The notes under the pieces were generated by a model. That model had not been told where the DNA came from, made no database searches, and saw only the letters and a list, made by a program, of their open reading frames with translations. Positions 45,594-54,045 of a stretch of 55,579 nt of DNA are shown piece by piece. The stretch covers positions 4,711 through 60,289 of the forward strand of contig VBGT01000029.1 of the NCBI GenBank assembly GCA_005889475.1. Reading direction: 5' to 3'. The DNA is from Chloroflexota bacterium (GTDB lineage Bacteria; Chloroflexota; Limnocylindria; Limnocylindrales; CSP1-4). Position numbers and translations under genes: made by a program. How positions within the stretch are numbered: position 1 is the stretch's first letter; each line of letters opens with the position of its first letter.

Positions 45594-48500
45594 ATGATCT
45601 GCCCCAGCTGCGGCTCCGAGAACCCATCGGACTTCCGATTCTGCCCGTCATGCGGGCTTGCCCTGGCTCCATCGGCGACCAACCGCCCCGAAGCGCCGCT
45701 CGAGGCCCAATCGTCCGCACTCTCGTCTGAGCCGGTCGGCGCCATCGCAGAACGCGCCCGGCCGCTTGCCGAGCGGCGGCTCGTATCGGTCCTCTTCCTC
45801 GACCTCGAAGGCTTCACCACCCTCTCCGAATCGCTCGACCCGGAGGACGTCCGCGAGATCCAGTCCCGCTATTTCGAGTCTGCGCGAGCGACCGTTGCGC
45901 ACTACGGCGGTTCGCTCGAGAAGTTCATCGGCGACGCCGTCATGGCGGTCTGGGGAACCCCGATCGCCCACGAGGACGATGGCGAGCGCGCGGTGCGTAC
46001 CGCACTCGAGGTCGTATCGGATGTCGAGACCATGTTTACCTCGCCCAGCAGCGGTCACCTCATGGCCCGCGGCGCCGTCACCACCGGAGAGGCCGCCGTC
46101 ACGCTCGACGCGGAGGGCCAGGGCATGGTGACGGGCGACCTCGTGAACACCGCCTCGCGGCTGCAGGGTGAGGCGACACCAGGCACGGTGCTGGTCGACG
46201 ATGCCACTCGTCGCGTGGTGGGGGAGGAGGTCGTTTTCGAGCCCGCCGGGGAGCTGATCCTGAAGGGCAAAGCCGCCCCCGTCTCCTCGTGGCGCGCGGT
46301 CGCCTTGGCTCCGCACGTAAGCAGCGAGTCGCGAACTGGCCATCGCGGACCGTTCGTGGGGCGCGATGCGGAGCTGCGCGCACTGAAGGAGCTGGGGGAA
46401 TCGGTCGCCAGCGAGCGCCGGATGAAGGTGGTCTCGCTGATCGGCATCGCCGGAATTGGCAAGAGCCGGCTCGCATGGGAGCTCGAGCATGCCCCGAGCG
46501 AACAGACGCCGCGAGCGGCGTGGTACGCAGGGCGCGCGCCCGGGTACGGCGAGGGAATCGCGTTCGCGCCCTTGGCCGAGATGGTGCGTCGCAGCGCTGG
46601 GATCGCGGAGGGCGATCCGGCCGAGGTCCAGCGTCGCGCTCTTGCCGAGACGCTTGGTCGCCTCATTCCCGATGATGCCGAGCGCGAGTGGATGCAGCCC
46701 CGCCTGCTTGCGCTTTTTCAGCCGGGAGGGGCCGTCGAGAGTCAGCGCGAGGAGCTTTTTGCCGCCTGGCGGCGGTTCTTCGAGGCCGATGCAGAGGCGG
46801 CCCCGATCAGCCTCGTCTTTGAGGACCTCCAATGGGCTGACCCGGGCCTCCTCGACTTCATCGACTACCTCGCTGATTGGTCCCGTCATCATCCGATCCT
46901 GGTCATGACTCTCGGCCGGCCGGAGCTGCTTGATGCGCGCCCGACCTGGGGCGCGCGCCTGCCGCATTTCACGGCCATGCATCTCGATCGGCTTGGGGAC
47001 GATGCGATCGACGCGCTGCTCGCAAGCCTGGCTCCCGGGCTCACCCCGAAGATCGCCATCCTAATTCGACAGCGAGCCGACGGCGTTCCGCTCTACGCGG
47101 TCGAGATGGCACGCATGCTCACCGAGCGGGGCAGTGGCTCGGTCGTAGGCGACTCTGCGACGAAAGCCCCCGGCACAGCCGCGGGGAGAGCCATCGAGAT
47201 TCCGGAATCGCTGCACGCCCTCCTGGCCGCACGGATCGACGCCCTCCCCGCCCCGGAACGGTCCCTGCTGTTCACGGCCGCCGTCCTCGGCCGCCGATTC
47301 CGACCTGATGCGCTCGCGGCGCTCGCTGGATTGGATCGGGTGACCCTCAGCTCGGCCATACGGGCGCTCGTGCGTCGCGAATTCCTGGCGGTCGACGACG
47401 AACCGCGCTCCCCTGGGCGAGGACAGCTGAGCTTCGTCCAGGAGCTGGTCCGCGAGGTCGCCTATCACACCCTCTCGCGACGAGAGCGGCGCACGCTCCA
47501 CCTGGCGGTGATCGAGTACCTCGAGTCGATTGGTGAGACGGACCTCGTTGAGCCGATTGCCGAGCACTTGCTCGCGGCGCATGCCGCTGCCGGCCCCGAT
47601 CAGGGGCAGGACCAGGCGATCGCCGATCGCGCGCGCGACGCGCTTCGTCAGGCCGCGACACGGGCGCAGGCGCTGCATGCCCCGCAACGTGCCCTCGCGC
47701 ACCTCGAGCAGGCCCTGGGCCTCACCCAGGATCCTCCGGAGCGGGCAATTTTGGCCGAGGCAGCCGGCCTCGCGGCGCGCGCCGCAGCGCGATTTCCGAC
47801 CGCCGAGCGGTACCTCCGAATGGCGACCGAGCTGCGAGAGGCCCAGGGCGATGCCACCGCGGCGGGGGCCCGAAATCGAGCGCAGTTGGCGAGCGTCCTG
47901 CTGCAGGCGCAGCGCAGCACGACGGCGCTAGCCGAGCTGGAGTCAGCGTGGAACGCGGCCGCAGCCGGCTCCGATCGGAACGCCATAGCGCTGGAACTGC
48001 CGGCTGAGCTCGCCAGGGCTCACCTGCTTCGGGGCGATACAGAGCGCGCGATCGAATGGGCGGAGCGGGCAATCGCTGCCGCGGGCTCGGATGCCGCCGA
48101 TGGGCCGGGCGCCGCGCAGGCGGTGGCGATCGACGCGCGGGTCACCCTGGGAACGGCGCACGCAAGTCAAGGCGATCTCGAGGAAGGTCTCGCGCAGCTG
48201 CGCCAGGCGATAAGCGATGCCGAGTCCGGCGGCCACGGCTCGGTCGAGCTCCGTGCCCTCAACAACCTGGCATGGACCATGGTCAGCGACGATCCGCGCG
48301 CCACAAGCGAAACGGCGCGGCGCGGGCTCGAGCTGGCAGAGCGCCTAGGAATTCGCGAGATGGCACTCCAGCTGCTCGACATTGCCACCATCGTGGCGAT
48401 TGACACCGGGGATTGGGACTGGGCTGTATTGGCCCTCGAGGAGGGATCTGAAGGCGAGCTGCCGACCACCCACCGCCTGGACTTCGCAGCGACGCGCACG

Positions 48501-49070
48501 ATCCTGAACGCGTTGCGCGGCGTCCCTGATCCGACAGGTCCCATCGACAGCCAGGGTGCGCTCGAGCCCGACCTGGATCCGGAGGCACTCGGCTGGGTCG
48601 ATTATGCGCGCGCGCTGGTGGCGATGGTTGCCGGCGACCTGCCTCGCGCTCTCGAATTGGCCCGCGTCGCGGCTGGCAAGACGCGGGGGTTCGAGCGATC
48701 GGCAGTCCTCGCCGTGGCGGGACGCGTCGCGGCATGGAGCGGCAGGGTCGACGCCGCGTCGGAGGTACTCGCCGAGCTTGAGGCAGAGCAGACCTGGGGC
48801 CGCGCCGCGGAGGCCTCGCGTCACACGCTCCGTGCCGCCGTCGCAGCTGCCAAGACGTTGGGCAAAGGCCCGGGCCTCAAGGACGCCGACCGCGAATGGA
48901 CCGATGCGCTCACTGGCTGGCTCCAGCTCGACCTTCCACTGCGCCTGGGTCTGTGCCACCTAGATCGCTGGGTGCTCGCCGGCAGCGAGCAGGACCACGC
49001 GGCCGCCGTCGAGATCTTCGAGAGGCTGGGGGCCACGCCCCTGACGACGCTCGACCCCAGACCGCGCTAA
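45594..49070 (+). CDS. Zinc-ribbon / class III adenylate-guanylate cyclase / AAA (STAND-type) ATPase / TPR-like repeat protein
   Basis: 1158 aa. N-terminal CPSCGSENPSDFRFCPSCG. The cyclase domain has SVLFLDLEGFT, GGSLEKFIGDAVMAVWG and TGDLVNTASRLQ. FVGRDAELRAL is followed by Walker A IGIAGIGKSRL and Walker B LVFEDLQWAD. The C-terminal ~550 aa are Ala/Leu-rich helical repeats. No terminal HTH is seen. Confidence 0.85.
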   Translation: MICPSCGSENPSDFRFCPSCGLALAPSATNRPEAPLEAQSSALSSEPVGAIAERARPLAERRLVSVLFLDLEGFTTLSESLDPEDVREIQSRYFESARATVAHYGGSLEKFIGDAVMAVWGTPIAHEDDGERAVRTALEVVSDVETMFTSPSSGHLMARGAVTTGEAAVTLDAEGQGMVTGDLVNTASRLQGEATPGTVLVDDATRRVVGEEVVFEPAGELILKGKAAPVSSWRAVALAPHVSSESRTGHRGPFVGRDAELRALKELGESVASERRMKVVSLIGIAGIGKSRLAWELEHAPSEQTPRAAWYAGRAPGYGEGIAFAPLAEMVRRSAGIAEGDPAEVQRRALAETLGRLIPDDAEREWMQPRLLALFQPGGAVESQREELFAAWRRFFEADAEAAPISLVFEDLQWADPGLLDFIDYLADWSRHHPILVMTLGRPELLDARPTWGARLPHFTAMHLDRLGDDAIDALLASLAPGLTPKIAILIRQRADGVPLYAVEMARMLTERGSGSVVGDSATKAPGTAAGRAIEIPESLHALLAARIDALPAPERSLLFTAAVLGRRFRPDALAALAGLDRVTLSSAIRALVRREFLAVDDEPRSPGRGQLSFVQELVREVAYHTLSRRERRTLHLAVIEYLESIGETDLVEPIAEHLLAAHAAAGPDQGQDQAIADRARDALRQAATRAQALHAPQRALAHLEQALGLTQDPPERAILAEAAGLAARAAARFPTAERYLRMATELREAQGDATAAGARNRAQLASVLLQAQRSTTALAELESAWNAAAAGSDRNAIALELPAELARAHLLRGDTERAIEWAERAIAAAGSDAADGPGAAQAVAIDARVTLGTAHASQGDLEEGLAQLRQAISDAESGGHGSVELRALNNLAWTMVSDDPRATSETARRGLELAERLGIREMALQLLDIATIVAIDTGDWDWAVLALEEGSEGELPTTHRLDFAATRTILNALRGVPDPTGPIDSQGALEPDLDPEALGWVDYARALVAMVAGDLPRALELARVAAGKTRGFERSAVLAVAGRVAAWSGRVDAASEVLAELEAEQTWGRAAEASRHTLRAAVAAAKTLGKGPGLKDADREWTDALTGWLQLDLPLRLGLCHLDRWVLAGSEQDHAAAVEIFERLGATPLTTLDPRPR

Positions 49071-49127
49071 GGGCCCCGGTCGCCCGCAGCCCTGAGGGCC
49101 CGCCTGGAGCTTCGCGAGCGTTGTAGG

Positions 49128-49610
49128 TCACTTAAAATCACGACCGAAGTCGTTCGTGACGATGGGGGACTGGTAGTCGATGTTGACGTGCGAGACCCCG
49201 ATCGCCCGGACAGTGCCGTCACCTAACTCGAAGACGACGACCCTGTAGCCAAGCCCCCCGGCGCTCACCACGCTGGACGCGATGCTGTGAAGCGTTGCTC
49301 GCACGACCGGCGCATGCGACGGATCACGGCGGTCGAAGCCGTCACGGGCCGCGCTGAGCCAAACTGCGAAGCTCGCGTCGCAGTCCCACGGCCGCCCGAC
49401 CGCGTAGGCGTCAGGATCGGAAGTGAGTATCGGGCCGGGCGGGCAGGTTTCGAGTTCGCCCACCTTCCAGCCGTCATAGATCGCCGGTCCAAAGAGGTTC
49501 GCCGGGAATCCGAGGCGCACGGCGGCGAACGCCACGAAGACGAGGATCGCGACGATGAGCGCGGACTTGAGCGGGCTCGGACCGCGCTCAAGGCGCCGAT
49601 ATCTCGTCAT
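49128..49610 (-). CDS. Membrane-anchored hypothetical protein (islet orphan)
   Basis: 160 aa. N-terminal anchor ALIVAILVFVAFAAV, then a soluble domain with two Cys residues (ETCPPGP...WDCDAS). Confidence 0.5.
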   Translation of the reverse strand: MTRYRRLERGPSPLKSALIVAILVFVAFAAVRLGFPANLFGPAIYDGWKVGELETCPPGPILTSDPDAYAVGRPWDCDASFAVWLSAARDGFDRRDPSHAPVVRATLHSIASSVVSAGGLGYRVVVFELGDGTVRAIGVSHVNIDYQSPIVTNDFGRDFK

Positions 49611-49831
49611 CGCGTAGGGGTCATGCTGGTCGCCACCGCCCCGGGGTTCAGTGTGCGGAGGGTATCGGTGAATCGTGGATCGGCAATCCGTGATTTCGCC
49701 TAATGCTGGAAGCGCGCACTCGGCAGCGCCTCGCTTGCGACGCGCGAAGCAGCGGAGCGAAAGGAGCTATCGACCCGCCGGATTCTCGGTGCTAGCGTCC
49801 ATTAGCAGGTTGCTACTGGGGGGTCGCTGCC

Positions 49832-50287
49832 GTGCGTCGGGTCATCACCACTCTTGCGCTGGCGCTGTCTCTGCTCGGATGCGGCTCGTCAGCGCCATCG
49901 GGCTCCGCAGCGCCATCAGTCTCCGCAGCGCCAGCGGGCGAACCGATTGAGTTGCGTACGGGTGTCGATCCGGATTTAGGTCCGGAGCGATCCGATGGCC
50001 TAAACGCGTGCCGCACGTTCTGGAACGTGGGTCTGCTCATTGTCGATGCGGACTTCGGGACAGCCGCTGAGGGCAACTACGGCATCAAGCCGCTGATCTG
50101 GCCCCTCGGCTATACAGCTCGTCGACTGGCCGGGGGCGAGGTCGTGGTGCTGAACCGGACCGGCGATGTCGTGGCGACCACGGGGCACAAATACCAGTTT
50201 TGGACGGTCGCTTGGGGCGGTGGCGGTCCGGCCCACACCGGCTTCTGCGTGAACGAGTGGAGCCCCGACGCCACACCCGCTCTCTAG
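49832..50287 (+). CDS. Hypothetical lipoprotein (islet orphan)
   Basis: 151 aa. GTG start, lipobox LSLLGCGSS. An 18-nt tandem duplication (49903-49938) encodes SAAPSVSAAPAG. Confidence 0.55.
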   Translation: MRRVITTLALALSLLGCGSSAPSGSAAPSVSAAPAGEPIELRTGVDPDLGPERSDGLNACRTFWNVGLLIVDADFGTAAEGNYGIKPLIWPLGYTARRLAGGEVVVLNRTGDVVATTGHKYQFWTVAWGGGGPAHTGFCVNEWSPDATPAL

Positions 50288-50408
50288 CGCTGGAGACCCG
50301 CACTGACGCCGCGCAGCTCCGCGCCTGGCACCGCGACTAACGACTGCATTTCAATTAGTCGCTGCGCCACGCTCGTTCCAATAGAGCGAGCGTCCATTCC
50401 GACACATC

Positions 50409-50453
50409 GCTTCCCGCGCAGAATGTCGCGGGTGCGAATCCCGTCTCCCGCTC
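50409..50453 (+). repeat. Direct repeat of the 3' half of tRNA-Gly(CCC) (att-like relic, not a tRNA)
   Basis: gcttcccGCgcagaatgtcgcgggtGcgaatcccgtctcccgctc matches 44732-44776 at 42 of 45 positions in the same orientation. The upstream sequence has no acceptor or D-arm counterpart. Confidence 0.8.
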
Positions 50454-50566
50454 GACCCCACCGGCTCAGCTTGTGGCGGCGCTAGATCGCCGCCGGCCAT
50501 TCTCGATCCGCAAGATCTGCGCCTCCTCATCCCGACTCGGCTCAACAAACAGCGCAAGATTGAGGC

Positions 50567-51508
50567 GTGCGGATCGGACTCTTCACGGACGGTCTGAAAG
50601 ACCTCTCGAGGCGGGAAGCATTGGCCTGGGCAGCCGACCACGACATCACGGACGTCGAGATGAGCGTCGGGACCTGGGGAGCTCGGACCCACCTCAATCT
50701 CGAGGCGCTGCTGAGTGAGCCGCGGGCGATGGACGACCTGCGGCGCGATCTCGACGAGACCAGCATTCGCTTCAGCGCGGTCAACGCGGCCGGGAATCCG
50801 CTTCACCCCGACCCGTCGGCGCGGGTCAGGGCGCAGGCGGCCGTACGGGGTGCGATCGAGCTCGCAGCGCGACTCGGGATCGAACGGGTGGTCACGATGG
50901 CGGGCAGCCCCGGCGGGCGGACCGGCGGGCCAATCGGCGTATTCGGCCTGTGGTCTGTCGCCAATGATGACGAACCGATCTGGGCCTGGCAGATGGAGAA
51001 CGAAGTCGGGCCGTACTGGCGCGGCATGTCCGACTGGATGGCGATGGCCGCGGCGGACGTGCGAGTCTGCCTCGAGCTGCATCCGGGTGTCTCGGTCTGG
51101 ACGCTCGAGACGTATCGCGCATTGCGCGCCTATTGCGGTGACAACATCGGGGTCAACCTGGATCCCAGCCATTTCTGGTGGCAGGGCGCGGACCCCGTCC
51201 GCGTCATCGAAGCACTGGGCCCGGTCGTGGGCTGGTGCCATGGCAAGGACACCACCCTATATCCGGACCGGATCTCGCTGCACGGCGTGCTCGACCATCG
51301 ATATCCCGTCGACGCCGCCATCGCGCCATGGCACTTCTCGGCCATTGGTGACGGCCATGACGCCGCCACCTGGGCGCGCCTCATCAAGGCGCTTCAGGCC
51401 GCCGGACACGACTCGGTGATCTCGATCGAGCACGAGGACCCGTCGCTGACCCCCGACGAATGCATCAGCCGTTCTGTCGCCACCCTCAAGCAGGCGCTCG
51501 AGATGTGA
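50567..51508 (+). CDS. Sugar phosphate isomerase/epimerase (xylose-isomerase-like TIM barrel), paralog of 38071-39015
   Basis: 313 aa. SAVNAAGNPLHPDP, LELHPGVSVWT, VNLDPSHFWWQ, HGKD, SIEHED. Confidence 0.75.
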   Translation: MRIGLFTDGLKDLSRREALAWAADHDITDVEMSVGTWGARTHLNLEALLSEPRAMDDLRRDLDETSIRFSAVNAAGNPLHPDPSARVRAQAAVRGAIELAARLGIERVVTMAGSPGGRTGGPIGVFGLWSVANDDEPIWAWQMENEVGPYWRGMSDWMAMAAADVRVCLELHPGVSVWTLETYRALRAYCGDNIGVNLDPSHFWWQGADPVRVIEALGPVVGWCHGKDTTLYPDRISLHGVLDHRYPVDAAIAPWHFSAIGDGHDAATWARLIKALQAAGHDSVISIEHEDPSLTPDECISRSVATLKQALEM

Positions 51509-51514
51509 GCCACT

Positions 51515-52624
51515 GTGGCTGAGATCCAGCTCCGCGGGATCGAGAAGCTCTTCGACGGCGTCCGGGTGCTGGAATCTCTCGACCTGACTGTCCACGACGG
51601 GGAGTTCGTCGTCCTCCTGGGACCGTCCGGCTGCGGCAAGACGACCGCGCTCCGGATCGTCGCCGGCCTCGAGACGCCGACGGCAGGGGAAGTGCACATC
51701 GGCGGCAGGGACGTGACCAGGCTGTCGCCGCGCGAGCGGGACGTCGCCATGGTCTTCCAGAGCTACGCGTTGTACCCGCACATGTCCGTGGCCGACAACA
51801 TCGGCTACCCGCTGCGGATCCGGGGCGTCCCCGCGCCGGAGCGCGCACGCGCGGTCGCCCGGGTGGCCCACTCGCTCGAGGTCGGGCACCTGCTCAACCG
51901 GAAGCCGCGACAGCTGTCGGGTGGGCAGCGGCAGCGCATCGCGCTCGCGCGAGCGATCATCCGCGAACCTGCGGCGTTCCTGATGGACGAGCCGCTGTCG
52001 AACCTCGATGCCAAGCTGCGTGTCAGCATGCGCGGCGAGATCCGGCGATTGCAGCAGCGGCTCGATGCGACGACGGTGTACGTGACCCATGACCAGGCCG
52101 AGGCCATGACAATGGCCGATCGGGTGTGCCTCATCAGCAACGGCGTCATCCAGCAGTTCGCGCCGCCCCAGGAGCTCTTCGACTTCCCCGCCAACCGCTT
52201 CGTCGCGGGCTTCGTTGGAAACCCGCCCATGAACGTCCTCGACATTCGCCTCGACCCTGATCGGCAGGCCGTGGTAGTCGCCGGTGCCGCAATTCCTCTC
52301 GGGGACCGGTACGCTGCGTGTGCGGCGGCCGCCGTGGAGCAGCTGGGGATCCGGGCTCGGGAGCTAACCCTCACGGCGCCCGACGAACCGACGACGCTGC
52401 CGGGGTCGGTCTACGTCGTTGAGCCGCTCGGCGACGAGACGTATGTGGAGGTGCTTATCGGCGAGACACGTGTCACGGTCCGGGCCGACCGAGGCTGGAC
52501 GGCACCGCTGGGCGCGCCCGTCGGGGTGCGCATCGATCCGGCGAATGCGTGCTTTTTCGACCCAAGCGGCAGGACCGTGGTCCATCGAGTCGGTGAAGGC
52601 CGACCACCGCCAAAGGAGGAGTGA
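51515..52624 (+). CDS. Sugar ABC transporter ATP-binding protein (MalK/UgpC type)
   Basis: 369 aa. GPSGCGKTT, LSGGQRQRIALARAI, FLMDEPLSNLD. Confidence 0.85.
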   Translation: MAEIQLRGIEKLFDGVRVLESLDLTVHDGEFVVLLGPSGCGKTTALRIVAGLETPTAGEVHIGGRDVTRLSPRERDVAMVFQSYALYPHMSVADNIGYPLRIRGVPAPERARAVARVAHSLEVGHLLNRKPRQLSGGQRQRIALARAIIREPAAFLMDEPLSNLDAKLRVSMRGEIRRLQQRLDATTVYVTHDQAEAMTMADRVCLISNGVIQQFAPPQELFDFPANRFVAGFVGNPPMNVLDIRLDPDRQAVVVAGAAIPLGDRYAACAAAAVEQLGIRARELTLTAPDEPTTLPGSVYVVEPLGDETYVEVLIGETRVTVRADRGWTAPLGAPVGVRIDPANACFFDPSGRTVVHRVGEGRPPPKEE

Positions 52625-52628
52625 TCCA

Positions 52629-54017
52629 GTGAGCGAGGACGACGTCCTGTCCCGCCATTTCACGCGACGCGACGTGCTGCGCCTCGGCGTGGCCATCGGT
52701 GGGGTCGCCGCAACCAGCGCGGTGCTGGCCGCCTGCGGAGCCGGCGGATCCTCAGCCGCGCCGACCCTGGGGCCAACGGCCGCCGGCGCAACCGCCGGTG
52801 CCACGAAGGCGGGGGGCAAGCTCGTGATCGGGGCCTTCGAGGACGGCGCCCTCGCTCCGTTCAAGTCGACGATTCTGCCGATGTTCCAGGACGCGACCGG
52901 AACGACTGTCGAGTTCCTGACCGAGCCGTATGACTCGTTCTTCGCCAAGGCGTTCCAGGACGGGCAGTCGAAGGCCGGCCAGTACGACATCTACATCATG
53001 GACGACCCATGGATCCCGCAGTACGCGGCGGCGGGCATCCTCGAGGACCTGGGCCAGCACGGCATCACCATGGATGCGGACTACCCCGGCCCGTTCGCCG
53101 ACCTCGGCTTCTGGCCGCCACGGCAGGGCCCGCGGGTGAAGGGCTTCGAATCCGGCGACCCGAAGCTGATCGCCCTGCCGACGATCGGTGACCTCCAGAC
53201 GCTGACGTATCGCAACGATGTGTTCACCTCTGGCGCGCCGGCGACCTGGGACGACCTCGTCAGTCAGGGCAAGGCAGGCGTCACGGCCGGCAAGGTCAAG
53301 TACGGATTCGTCTTCCGAGGCGTCAAGGGCAACCCGATCGTCACGTCCTTCTACCCGGTCTTCCGGTCCTTCGGGGCCGACTTCTTCGACGACCAGTGGA
53401 ACGTGACCTTCAACTCCGACAAGGGCAAGGCCGCGGCCGACTTCTTCGTCGGTCCCCTCAAGGCGATCGCGCCGCCCGGCGTGGCGGAGTTCGACTCGGA
53501 CCAGGAAGGGGCGGCCATCCTGGGCGGCGATGCGGCCGCGATCATCCAGTACTCGGGCAATGCCATCAAGTCGGACGATCCGGCGCAGTCAAAGGTGATC
53601 GGCAAGCTCGACTTCGGAGTCGTCCCGAAGCGAGAAGCGGCCATCGCCCAGATCGGCATCTTCATCCACGGCGTGAGCGCATCGGCACCCAACAAAGACA
53701 ACGCCATCGCGTTCATGAACTGGTTCGCGACCAACGAGGTCCAGACTGCCCTGGCACGCGCGGGTGACCTGCCGGTCAAGACGCCCGCGTTCACCGACTC
53801 CCAGGCGGTCACCGATCACCGGCTGCTGCCGGTTGCGCTCGCCCAGCTCAACGCAGGCGCGCAGGCGCGACCCCGGACGCCGGACTGGTCCAAGGTCGAG
53901 TCAATCATCGGAACCGAGCTGAACGTCGCGCTGGCCGCGGGGAGCGGCGGCGCAGCTGCGATGGACAGGGCAGCCACGCAGGTCAAGGACTACCTCACTC
54001 AGCAGGGCTACTTCTGA
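52629..54017 (+). CDS. ABC transporter solute-binding lipoprotein with a twin-arginine signal
   Basis: A GTG at 52629 sits 8 nt after AAAGGAGGAG. SRHFTRRDVLRLGVAIGG (Tat motif) is followed by the lipobox VLAACG. The track ORF start at 52419 lies inside the ATPase gene. Confidence 0.75.
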   Translation: MSEDDVLSRHFTRRDVLRLGVAIGGVAATSAVLAACGAGGSSAAPTLGPTAAGATAGATKAGGKLVIGAFEDGALAPFKSTILPMFQDATGTTVEFLTEPYDSFFAKAFQDGQSKAGQYDIYIMDDPWIPQYAAAGILEDLGQHGITMDADYPGPFADLGFWPPRQGPRVKGFESGDPKLIALPTIGDLQTLTYRNDVFTSGAPATWDDLVSQGKAGVTAGKVKYGFVFRGVKGNPIVTSFYPVFRSFGADFFDDQWNVTFNSDKGKAAADFFVGPLKAIAPPGVAEFDSDQEGAAILGGDAAAIIQYSGNAIKSDDPAQSKVIGKLDFGVVPKREAAIAQIGIFIHGVSASAPNKDNAIAFMNWFATNEVQTALARAGDLPVKTPAFTDSQAVTDHRLLPVALAQLNAGAQARPRTPDWSKVESIIGTELNVALAAGSGGAAAMDRAATQVKDYLTQQGYF

Positions 54018-54045
54018 GCCTGCGGCCGCCAGCGCGTCGCCGCTG

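Noticed and set aside
45648-46982. A 444-aa minus-strand ORF inside the cyclase-STAND gene.
   Set aside because: It is antisense to a region with unambiguous cyclase and P-loop motifs. Its own translation has no recognisable features.
50409-50453. A possible second tRNA-Gly gene.
   Set aside because: Only the anticodon-loop-to-acceptor 3' portion is present. The upstream sequence cannot form an acceptor or D arm. The T-loop carries a disruptive T-to-G change. I interpret it as an att-type repeat.
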